Part shown: one piece after another, positions 30,358 to 38,462 of the stretch
Layout: the number at the start of each line of letters is the position of its first letter
Numbering within the stretch: the stretch's first letter is position 1
Virus record (IMG/VR): IMGVR_UViG_3300045988_145590
Strand: one strand, 5' to 3'
Source of the DNA: a virus
DNA: 38,758 bases
The notes under the pieces: model-generated
Told to the model about the DNA's origin: nothing
What the model saw: only the letters and a program-made list of their open reading frames with translations
Databases searched by the model: none
Translations under genes and position numbers: made by a program

Positions 30358-33300
30358 ATGGCGAGAAATGAAGATATTACAACACGGTTTACCGTTGATA
30401 TATCAGACTTAAAAGCGAATATACAGGAAGCCAACAGGCAAATCAAACTTGCAAACAGTGAATTTAAAGCAGCATCTGCTGGCATGGATGATTGGTCTAA
30501 ATCTGCTGATGGTTTATCTGCAAAAATAAAACAGTTGAATACTGTACATGATGCAGAAAATAAAAAGTTAGATTCATTGAAACAACAATATAATCTTGTG
30601 GTTGAACAACAAGGCGAAAACTCAAAAGCTGCACAGGATTTAATGGTCAAAATCAACAACCAACAAGCAGCTGTTTCAAAGACTGAAAAGGCAATCAATC
30701 AGTATAATGCTAGACTTGACGAATTAACCGCATCTAGCAATCAGACTGTTACAGCTTCCCAAAAGCTAACAAATGAGATCAATGACCAAGAAGCAGAATT
30801 AAACCAATTAAAAACAAGATATAAAGATGTGATTCTATCACAGGGCGAAGCATCAGATGAAGCTAAACAATTAGCATCTGAAATTACTAGATTAAGCGAA
30901 GATTTACAGGCTAATAAAATAAAGATGGCTGATGCAGATGATGCGGCTGATAAGCTATCACGTGCGCTAGATAAGACAGAAAAAGAAGCGGAAGATGCAA
31001 GCAAAGGCTTTACGCTGATGGATGGTGTTCTTTCAAACGTATTTGCAAATGGGATTTCTGCTGCAACAGGAAAAGTTACAGAATTTGTTGGCTCATTGTT
31101 TGAATTAGGTGATGCAACAGAAGAATATCGCTCAATGATGGCAAAGGTTGAAGGTTCTGCAAATTCGTTTGGATATTCTGTTGGATTTGCAAAAGATCAA
31201 TATAAAGAGTTCTATTCATACGTAAAAGATGATCAGATGGCAACGAATGCAATCACCAATTTAATGGGTATGAAAGTTTCAACAGAAGCTGTTTCAAACG
31301 CAGCAGATGCATCAATTGCGGTTTGGTCGGCGTATGGTGATTCTATACCAATTGAGGGATTGACAGAAGCGATAAATGAATCTGCAATTGTTGGACAGGT
31401 TACCGCATCATTGGCAGATACTATTAACTGGGCGAAACGTTCCAATGAAGATTGGACAGCTGCAATGGCTGGACATACTGAAGCACAAAAAGCCTTTAAT
31501 AAAGCGATTGCAGAAGGCGAAAACCAAGAAGATGCATATAGTGCAGCGCTTGCCGCATGTTCAAGTACACAGGAAAGAGCCGAACTTATAGCACAAACGT
31601 TAAATAAAACATACGGAAAATCAAAACAAACGTACGATAATTTAGCAGGTTCATTGATAGACGCAAACAAAGCAGAATTGGAACTAAAAGAAACGCAGGC
31701 AGATTTAGCCGAAACTTTAGCGCCATTACAAACTGAATTCACAAGACTTCAAAACAAGGCTTTAAAATCATTATCACCTGTTATTGAGGATGTAACAGAT
31801 GATTTTGAAGGGTTGATTGAAGATATTGACTGGGATGGTGCAGCAGATGTTGTTGGTGATTTATTAGAAACAACGGCGGATGGCTTGCATTTTGTTGTGA
31901 AAAATATTGAACCAATATCCGCTGGCGTAAAAGGTATGGCGGTTGCGTGGGGAACGTACAAGGCTGCACAGTTGGCTTCTAATGGCGTAACAAAAGCAAC
32001 AAATGCCCTTTTAGCAATTACAAAGACGGCAACAACGGCTTCAACGGCTGCAACAGTAGCAAATACAGCAGCAACCAACGCATCAACAGTAGCTACAAAA
32101 GCACTTGCATTAGCGCAAAAAATGACACCGTGGGGATTGGTTGCTGGGCTTATTGGCGGTGTTGTGGTTGGCATTGGATCATATATTGCTTCAACTAAAA
32201 AAGCTAAAGAAGAAACTGATGCAAATACTGTTGCTACAAAAAAATTAGCTGATGAATATAAAAACGTTACAGATGCTTTAAACGATAGCAAAAAAGCACG
32301 AGATGAACACATACAATCTGCTGGCGCTGAAATTGGTTCTGCTGAAATAATGGCGAAAAAACTTGATGAATTATCTAAAAAAGAAAATAAATCAAACGCT
32401 GAAAAGAAGCAGATGCAGTATTATGTTGATCGTTTAAATGAACTTATTCCAGAACTAAACTTGAAATACAATCAAGAAAAAGATGCACTGAATAAATCAA
32501 CAGACGCTATAAATAAGAATATCAAGGCACAGAAAAATCTTGCACTTGCAAAAGCTGCGCAGGAAAACATGAATGAAATTGCCAAAGATATGGCAGAAGT
32601 TGAAATGAAGCTTGCAGATGCAACGGCACAACATGCAAAAAATGAAAAAGCACTAGCCAAAGCGAAACAAGAAACCGCAAAAGCACAGGAAGCATGGACA
32701 AAAGCAGGAAGCCAGATGTATGGGCAAGAGTATCAGGCTTTCATGAAAGCAAATTCTTCACAAATTAAACTCCAAGAAAACTATAACGAATCAAAAAAAG
32801 CGGTAGATGGTTACAAAACAAAATTAAACGGCTTAAATGTTGAGTTTGAAAAAACAGATCAATACGCACAATCTAAGATAAATGCGGCAGAAATAGAAGA
32901 ACAGCTTAATGCAATCATAGCAAAAGCGAAAGCTAAAGGAATCGAAGTACCTAAAGCGGTTTCGCAAGGTATTTCAGAAGGTTCTTATGCAGTGCCTACA
33001 TCAATTGAAGAAATGAAAGCACTTATCACCTACGACGATATGATTGCTAAAGCGAAGAAAAATGGCATTGCAGTACCAAAGTATTTATCAGAAGGTATCA
33101 AAAGTGGAAATATAAAACCATCACAAGCTGTAAAAGATATGAATGCACTCGTGCAGTTTAATGATTTGATACAAAAAACACAGAAAGCAGGATTCGATGT
33201 TCCAGAAACATTAAAAAACAATGTTCTATCTGGTAAAACTAAGCCACAACAGGCAGTGCAGCAGATGAAGAACTTGGTTACATTCAATGATTTGCTATCT

Positions 33301-34083
33301 AAATCAAGTGCAGCAGGGCGTAATGTTCCTTATAACATTCAACAAGCTGTATTAAATGGAAAGATGTCGCCAAAAAATGCAGTGGCAGAAATGAAGAGAT
33401 TGATGATTGCAGAAGCAGATTCTGCAGCATCTGGAATGAACAAAGAAGGTAAAGATGCCAGTGCTTCATTTAATTCGGGTGTTAATGCCAATAAAAGCGG
33501 TGCGAAAACAGCCGGTAAAAATCTAAATACAGAAGCTAAAAAAGGTGCTGGAAGTAAAACCATGTATGATGAGGGGTCAAATGCTGGTTCTGGTTTTATA
33601 TCTGGTATAGGCAAATGGATAAATGCTGCATGGAACGCAGGATGGAACCTTGTTTCAAATGCAATCAGCGGAGGTAAAAAGCGACAAAATTCGCACTCAC
33701 CTTCTCGTGTATGGGATGAAGAAGTAGGTCAGATGTCTGGTGCTGGATATGTTGTTGGTTTACAGAAAAGTGAGAAATCCGTAAATAAAGCAGCTGCACG
33801 CATGGTAGGCGGTGCAATTGACACTGTAAAAGACATGAGCAAAGATTTAACCGTTGGCGATATGTTCAATATGGGCAATCTAAAAGCTGGATTAAATGCA
33901 AATATCGGAAATATACAAAAATCTAGATTATTACGATTATCAAACAATCAGCAAATACCACAGTCAAAACAAATTACATTCAATCAGTATCTATCATCAC
34001 CAAAACCATTATCAAGATTAGATATTTATAGGCAAACAAAAACGCAATTGATAGGGGCAAAGGAGAAGTTAAAAGATGTTTAG
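30358..34083 (+). CDS. tape measure protein
   Basis: About 1240 aa, coiled-coil rich, with a central hydrophobic GLVAGLIGGVVVGIGSYI segment. ATG 30358 lies 6 nt after GGAGGTG. Confidence 0.9.
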   Translation: MARNEDITTRFTVDISDLKANIQEANRQIKLANSEFKAASAGMDDWSKSADGLSAKIKQLNTVHDAENKKLDSLKQQYNLVVEQQGENSKAAQDLMVKINNQQAAVSKTEKAINQYNARLDELTASSNQTVTASQKLTNEINDQEAELNQLKTRYKDVILSQGEASDEAKQLASEITRLSEDLQANKIKMADADDAADKLSRALDKTEKEAEDASKGFTLMDGVLSNVFANGISAATGKVTEFVGSLFELGDATEEYRSMMAKVEGSANSFGYSVGFAKDQYKEFYSYVKDDQMATNAITNLMGMKVSTEAVSNAADASIAVWSAYGDSIPIEGLTEAINESAIVGQVTASLADTINWAKRSNEDWTAAMAGHTEAQKAFNKAIAEGENQEDAYSAALAACSSTQERAELIAQTLNKTYGKSKQTYDNLAGSLIDANKAELELKETQADLAETLAPLQTEFTRLQNKALKSLSPVIEDVTDDFEGLIEDIDWDGAADVVGDLLETTADGLHFVVKNIEPISAGVKGMAVAWGTYKAAQLASNGVTKATNALLAITKTATTASTAATVANTAATNASTVATKALALAQKMTPWGLVAGLIGGVVVGIGSYIASTKKAKEETDANTVATKKLADEYKNVTDALNDSKKARDEHIQSAGAEIGSAEIMAKKLDELSKKENKSNAEKKQMQYYVDRLNELIPELNLKYNQEKDALNKSTDAINKNIKAQKNLALAKAAQENMNEIAKDMAEVEMKLADATAQHAKNEKALAKAKQETAKAQEAWTKAGSQMYGQEYQAFMKANSSQIKLQENYNESKKAVDGYKTKLNGLNVEFEKTDQYAQSKINAAEIEEQLNAIIAKAKAKGIEVPKAVSQGISEGSYAVPTSIEEMKALITYDDMIAKAKKNGIAVPKYLSEGIKSGNIKPSQAVKDMNALVQFNDLIQKTQKAGFDVPETLKNNVLSGKTKPQQAVQQMKNLVTFNDLLSKSSAAGRNVPYNIQQAVLNGKMSPKNAVAEMKRLMIAEADSAASGMNKEGKDASASFNSGVNANKSGAKTAGKNLNTEAKKGAGSKTMYDEGSNAGSGFISGIGKWINAAWNAGWNLVSNAISGGKKRQNSHSPSRVWDEEVGQMSGAGYVVGLQKSEKSVNKAAARMVGGAIDTVKDMSKDLTVGDMFNMGNLKAGLNANIGNIQKSRLLRLSNNQQIPQSKQITFNQYLSSPKPLSRLDIYRQTKTQLIGAKEKLKDV

Positions 34084-34927
34084 TTGTTATTTAGAAAATG
34101 AATATGGGGATAAATTAGAATTAACACGCAATCCCAGTTATACAGGGGTTGAGATTGATGGTTTATCACCAGCACCAGCTACAATTGGCAAAAAAAATTA
34201 TTCACTTTTTGATGGCGCAAAAATAACATCAAGAAAAACAAATGAAAAACCTATCACAATTACGTTTTACATTGAAAAAGACGTGGAGACATCACGAATA
34301 GCGATTTACAAGGTTGTGCAGCCAAGTGAATTGATTCGTTTGTTTTACAAAAACGGAACTAGAAATGTATATATAGATGGCGTTGTAGAAACATGTGATA
34401 TTGATTATTATGCGGTTAAGCAGTTTGTAACAATATCCATACTATGCCCAGATCCATTTTTTAGAGATGCAAACTCACATATTGAGGATATAAGCAAGGT
34501 AGTTAATTTATTTGAGTTTCCTTTTTCGATAGCAGAAGAAGGAACAGAACTAGGAACATATGATAACGCAAAAGAAATATATTTGGAAAATAAAGGTGAT
34601 ATACCAACAGGAATGCAGATAGAAATACATGCGAGCGGTACGGTTAGAAATCCGACCATCAAAAACGTTATAGATCAATCGTTTTTAAAGTTGAATTATA
34701 CGTTGGATAAAGGCGATATTGTATACATTTCCACATATAAGGGGCGTAAAAAAATTGAAGTATTCAAAAATGGGAAGTATGAAAATATCTTTAATACGAT
34801 TGCAGAAGGAAGCACATGGCTTAAATTGGCGGTTGGCACAAGTGTGTATATGTATGATGCGGATGCGGATGATGAAAAATATATGACAGTTAAATTCATA
34901 TATCAGAACCTGTATAGAGGTGTATAA
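34076..34927 (+). CDS. distal tail protein (Dit)
   Basis: Position directly after the tape measure, and its size. Confidence 0.7.
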   Translation: MFSCYLENEYGDKLELTRNPSYTGVEIDGLSPAPATIGKKNYSLFDGAKITSRKTNEKPITITFYIEKDVETSRIAIYKVVQPSELIRLFYKNGTRNVYIDGVVETCDIDYYAVKQFVTISILCPDPFFRDANSHIEDISKVVNLFEFPFSIAEEGTELGTYDNAKEIYLENKGDIPTGMQIEIHASGTVRNPTIKNVIDQSFLKLNYTLDKGDIVYISTYKGRKKIEVFKNGKYENIFNTIAEGSTWLKLAVGTSVYMYDADADDEKYMTVKFIYQNLYRGV

Positions 34928-34928
34928 G

Positions 34929-35972
34929 ATGAAAGAAATATCATTGATTATTTTAAACAAAAAATTTGAAAGAATTGGGGAATTAGAAGATTATTCTTCA
35001 CTGATATGGGCATCACGCTATTATAAATGCGGTGATTTTGAAGTAGTAGTACCAATTGATGAATACCATTTGAATTTACTTCAATCTGGTTATTATGTAA
35101 TGCGTGAAGATGATGATTATGTTGGAATCATCGAAGATCCAGAGTATTTAGACAATGAAGACCAATCACAAATGATGGTAATAAAAGGGCGCTTTTTATC
35201 CTCGATCCTTTCACGCCGCATCATTGCAGTACAAACACAGCTTTATGGCACTGTATCAGCTGGTGTGTTGAATCTAATAAATGATGCAATCATTCATCCA
35301 GTTGTACCAGAACGCAAAATATCTAATTTTATGGTAGTGCCAACAAACTATACAGAGAGGTTAGAAGCACAATATACTGGAAAAAACCTTTTATCAGCAA
35401 TCGAAGGTATATGTGAATCTAACAGTATGGGATTTAAAACAACATTGAAAAATGGAATATTTCAATTTCAATTGTATAAAGGGGTTGACCGTTCATACGG
35501 GCAAGATGTATTGCCGCATGTTGTGTTTTCTGATGAATACGACAATTTGATTTCTAGCAATTACAAAGAAGTCACATCTTCAAAAGCAACTAATGTATTG
35601 GTTGCTGGCGAAGGTCAAGGAATGGAAAGAAAAGTATTGTGGGTAACAAAAGATAATCCAGCCGGTTTAGATAGATACGAAATTTATCAAGACAAAAGAA
35701 ATTTGTCGTCAAATGGTGGCGATATTACAGAAGCTGAATATATTAATCAGATGAAACAAGAAGGAATGGAAAGTATAACGAATGTATTAACTGCATTTGA
35801 AGGAAATGTATTCTTCGATAATATCGTATATAGAAAAGATGTAAATGTAGGCGATATTGTAACGATTGAAAACAAAAAATGGGGAATATACGTAAATACT
35901 AGAATAATAGAAGTAATCGAATCGGTAAATGAAGCTGGTGAATATGAAGTCATTCCGACATTCGGTGTCTAA
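34929..35972 (+). CDS. tail-associated protein (Tal / Gp37-like)
   Basis: N-terminus IILNKKFERIGELEDYSSLIWASRYYKCGDFEVVVP is typical of siphovirus Gp37-like tail proteins. Confidence 0.65.
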   Translation: MKEISLIILNKKFERIGELEDYSSLIWASRYYKCGDFEVVVPIDEYHLNLLQSGYYVMREDDDYVGIIEDPEYLDNEDQSQMMVIKGRFLSSILSRRIIAVQTQLYGTVSAGVLNLINDAIIHPVVPERKISNFMVVPTNYTERLEAQYTGKNLLSAIEGICESNSMGFKTTLKNGIFQFQLYKGVDRSYGQDVLPHVVFSDEYDNLISSNYKEVTSSKATNVLVAGEGQGMERKVLWVTKDNPAGLDRYEIYQDKRNLSSNGGDITEAEYINQMKQEGMESITNVLTAFEGNVFFDNIVYRKDVNVGDIVTIENKKWGIYVNTRIIEVIESVNEAGEYEVIPTFGV

Positions 35973-35984
35973 AGAGGTGATGAC

Positions 35985-36605
35985 ATGGCAATTAATTTTT
36001 ATTTTTTCAATTCAGTAGAAAAAGATAGATTATACAATGCAGAAGATATATCAAATTATTTAAAAGGTATTATTGGGAATGGCATCATGCCATATCCGGC
36101 AGATTGCTTGCAGGTTGTTGCAGGCACAGGAATGCAAGTCATTGTTAAATCCGGTATAGGGTTTATTGATGGTCATAAATTAGAGAATACAGCAGATTAT
36201 CCACTTACGGTATTAGCAGCAGAACCGCTGCTTAATCGAATAGATAGAGTTGTTTTTTATGTTGACCATACCAATCGAAAAATGGGAATAAAGTATAAAG
36301 CAGGTGTTGCAGATGCGGTAGCAAGACCACCAGAACTCGTTCGCAATCAAGATACGATAGAGTATTGCTTAGCAGAGGTAAGTGTTGCAAAACAGGCAAC
36401 ATCTATTGCAACATCCAACATAACAGATACACGTTTAGATAGTTCGCTATGTGGAGTTGTGCAGGGGTTAATCCAGCAAGTGGACACAGGAAAATTATTT
36501 GAACAGCAAAATGCATTGTTTAATAAATTTCTTGAAGAAAAACAAAAAGAATTTGATGAATGGTTCAACGCAATAAAAGAAATGGTAAATATACATCAGA
36601 AATGA
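35985..36605 (+). CDS. putative tail/baseplate protein with fibre-anchor-like N-terminus
   Basis: INFYFFNSVEKDRLYNAEDISNYLKGIIGNGIM resembles the N-termini of Gram-positive phage fibre / host-specificity proteins. Confidence 0.45.
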   Translation: MAINFYFFNSVEKDRLYNAEDISNYLKGIIGNGIMPYPADCLQVVAGTGMQVIVKSGIGFIDGHKLENTADYPLTVLAAEPLLNRIDRVVFYVDHTNRKMGIKYKAGVADAVARPPELVRNQDTIEYCLAEVSVAKQATSIATSNITDTRLDSSLCGVVQGLIQQVDTGKLFEQQNALFNKFLEEKQKEFDEWFNAIKEMVNIHQK

Positions 36606-36632
36606 AGATGAGATTGTGGACAGGAGGAAACT

Positions 36633-37364
36633 ATGAAAGAATTAAAGGTATTTGATTTCAACGGAAAAAATGTAATAGATAGTAGGTTGGTTGCAGAAAT
36701 GATTGTTATGCAGCATAAAGAACTACTTAGAAAAATTAAAGGATATGATGAGATTTTAACCAGCGCAAAATTGCGCTCGTTAGATTTCTTTATTCCAAAT
36801 ACATACATAGATAGCAAGGGAGAAGAAAGGCCATGTTACCTGCTCACAAAACAAGGATGTGAAATGATTGCGAACAAGCTTACAGGAGAAAAAGGAGTAT
36901 TGTTTACCGCTAGGTATGTAGAAGCATTTAACAAAATGGAAGAAGTACTAAATGATCAACTAGCAATCAGCGAATTTAAAAAACAGGAAATAGAAACGAA
37001 GCACATGAATGCAAAAACACGAATGGCTTCTTTATGGTTAAAGATGGCGGACAGAGTACCATTTAACAAAGAGTACACTATGATATGCGAAAGCTACGCA
37101 TCACAGGTATTAGCTGGAGAAAGAGTTTTGCCACTTCCGGAATGCAAAGAAAAATATTATTCTGCTGGAGAAGTAGGAAATATGTTAGGAGTATCCGCAA
37201 ATACAATAGGAAGAATTGCAAATAAAAACAGTCTTAAAACAGAAAACAATGGAAAATATTTTTTTGATAAATCAGCATACTCTAATAAAGAAGTGCAGAC
37301 ATTTAAATATAACCTACATGGAGTAGAAGAACTAAGGAAAATCCTAGAAAAATCAGTAATATAG
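36633..37364 (+). CDS. Rha-family antirepressor-like regulatory protein
   Basis: VFDFNGKNVIDSRLVAEMI..HKELLRKI..CYLLTKQGCEMIANKL (pRha-like N-terminus), plus a C-terminal HTH-like segment GEVGNMLGVSANTIGRI. Confidence 0.7.
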   Translation: MKELKVFDFNGKNVIDSRLVAEMIVMQHKELLRKIKGYDEILTSAKLRSLDFFIPNTYIDSKGEERPCYLLTKQGCEMIANKLTGEKGVLFTARYVEAFNKMEEVLNDQLAISEFKKQEIETKHMNAKTRMASLWLKMADRVPFNKEYTMICESYASQVLAGERVLPLPECKEKYYSAGEVGNMLGVSANTIGRIANKNSLKTENNGKYFFDKSAYSNKEVQTFKYNLHGVEELRKILEKSVI

Positions 37365-37374
37365 ATACATAAAA

Positions 37375-37407
37375 AGAGCGTTCCGCTATGGTACGCTCTA
37401 TTTTTTT
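37375..37407. terminator. bidirectional rho-independent terminator
   Basis: AGAGCGT - 11-nt loop - ACGCTCT, with an A5 run before and a T7 run after. Confidence 0.7.
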
Positions 37408-37628
37408 ATATCTTCTTCATTAAAAATAACAACAGGATTATTATTTTCATCTATGAAAGCAAGTTTTGTATTTGTAAGTATAGCCAATTCAACTAACTCA
37501 TTTAATTTATAAGAAGCATTGTTTATTTTATTGCTTTGTTGTTGTTTGCTTATATTATAGTGCTCGCATAAATCTTTTTGAGTAACACCAGATAACAGTA
37601 GTAGAGCTTTTAATTTATCTTTTAACAT
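37398..37628 (-). CDS. second XRE-family HTH repressor-like protein, 76 aa
   Basis: LSGVTQKDLCEHYNISKQQQSNKINN HTH motif. ATG 37628 lies 9 nt after GGAGG. Confidence 0.75.
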   Translation of the reverse strand: MLKDKLKALLLLSGVTQKDLCEHYNISKQQQSNKINNASYKLNELVELAILTNTKLAFIDENNNPVVIFNEEDIKK

Positions 37629-37648
37629 GCTAATCAACCTCCAAAGAG

Positions 37649-37660
37649 ATTATAACACAA
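37649..37660 (-). promoter_or_regulatory. extended -10 element TTGTGTTATAAT (identical 12-mer to the CI-like gene promoter at 3711-3722)
   Basis: ATTATAACACAA occurs on the + strand at both loci, each just upstream of the repressor RBS. Confidence 0.5.
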
Positions 37661-37712
37661 GTAAACTATAATTGCATACTAATAAACAAATATAATGAAA
37701 AAATATTTAAAA

Positions 37713-37757
37713 ATAATGTACTATATTGTTGACAAGTACATGATAATAATGTACAAT
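37713..37757 (+). promoter_or_regulatory. promoter TTGACA - 17 nt - TACAAT with ATAATGTAC / GTACAT operator-like repeats
   Basis: TTGACA at 37729-37734 and TACAAT at 37752-37757. ATAATGTAC occurs at 37713-37721 and 37746-37754. Inverted GTACAT lies at 37736-37741. Confidence 0.6.
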
Positions 37758-37785
37758 AATAGTGTAAGGAAAGGAGGGTAAGAAA

Positions 37786-37902
37786 GTGATAAAGAAAATA
37801 AAAAAAGCTATTCAAGTAATTACCCTACTTGAACAGCTAATAATTAGAATTATTTCCTTAGTCGGCTGGATTTTAATTCTAATATACGTGTTGAGGGATT
37901 AA
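37786..37902 (+). CDS. 38-aa hydrophobic peptide (GTG start)
   Basis: AAAGGAGGG RBS lies 7 nt before the GTG. Hydrophobic core is IIRIISLVGWILILIYVL. Confidence 0.45.
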   Translation: MIKKIKKAIQVITLLEQLIIRIISLVGWILILIYVLRD

Positions 37903-38038
37903 CCCTCTCCACGTACATATTATACATCACTTTCTTAAAAATACAATGAGGAAACTGATATTTGAAATTTTAAAACTTATTGGATTAATAGCGTTTTTAA
38001 TAGCATTGCTTAAATTGTTTTAGGGAAGGAGAAGAAGT

Positions 38039-38248
38039 ATGAAATTAAGTAGATATGAAGTAGAAAGTAAAGTAAATCAAATCGTAGAAAGTATCGCGGA
38101 AGAAAATGAAGTTGATAAAAATTTTTATGGCGATTGTTATCCACTGGAAGTTATGATGCTTGAAAATAAAATAACACTTCTAACTGATGAAGTGGATCGT
38201 GAAGAATTGTTTGAAGAAATTAAAAAGGTATTTGAAAGTTATATTTAG
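38039..38248 (+). CDS. acidic hypothetical protein, 69 aa
   Basis: GGAAGGAGAAG RBS. The protein is rich in Glu and Asp. Confidence 0.6.
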   Translation: MKLSRYEVESKVNQIVESIAEENEVDKNFYGDCYPLEVMMLENKITLLTDEVDREELFEEIKKVFESYI

Positions 38249-38270
38249 CCATCATTTTTTGATGGCTTTT
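38247..38270 (+). terminator. rho-independent terminator
   Basis: AGCCATCA - TTTTT - TGATGGCT followed by TTTTATT. Confidence 0.75.
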
Positions 38271-38296
38271 ATTGATTGTGTATAGCTTTAATTTTG

Positions 38297-38446
38297 AGAC
38301 GAAAAAAAGACGAAAACTATCAAAAAAAGAGATAAAATATATAAATAATAGAAATAATAATAAATAAAATAATAAAAAAATAGAAAAAAATAAAATCTGG
38401 GTACCGGCACCATGTACGTCTAAAGCCTTTTTAAAGGCTTTTTTTA
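38297..38446. other. putative attP region
   Basis: Extremely A-rich tract with AGACGAAAA repeated at 11-bp spacing (38297 and 38308). A GC-rich island (38397-38420) ends in TAA and is followed by the terminator hairpin AAAGCC..GGCTTT TTTTT (38422-38446), immediately upstream of int. Confidence 0.3.
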
Positions 38447-38462
38447 ATGCTCGTTTTAAAAA

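Noticed and set aside
30303-33947. A series of minus-strand ORFs (up to 187 aa) and a + strand out-of-frame ORF (31376-31591) inside the tape measure gene.
   Set aside because: They are compositional artefacts of an Ala/Lys-rich coiled-coil gene. None has a translation signal, and all are fully nested in a confident 1.2-kaa CDS.
37946-38023. A 25-aa hydrophobic micro-ORF (MRKLIFEILKLIGLIAFLIALLKLF).
   Set aside because: There is no recognisable RBS. It is too short to call without expression data, so it is mentioned only within the second-switch finding.
38270-38460. A tRNA or tmRNA fragment as the integration target in the attP region; also a general tRNA scan of all intergenic gaps.
   Set aside because: No T-loop (GTTCRANYC) or acceptor/CCA-like features were seen. 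The GC island reads better as the end of a protein-coding gene plus its terminator.
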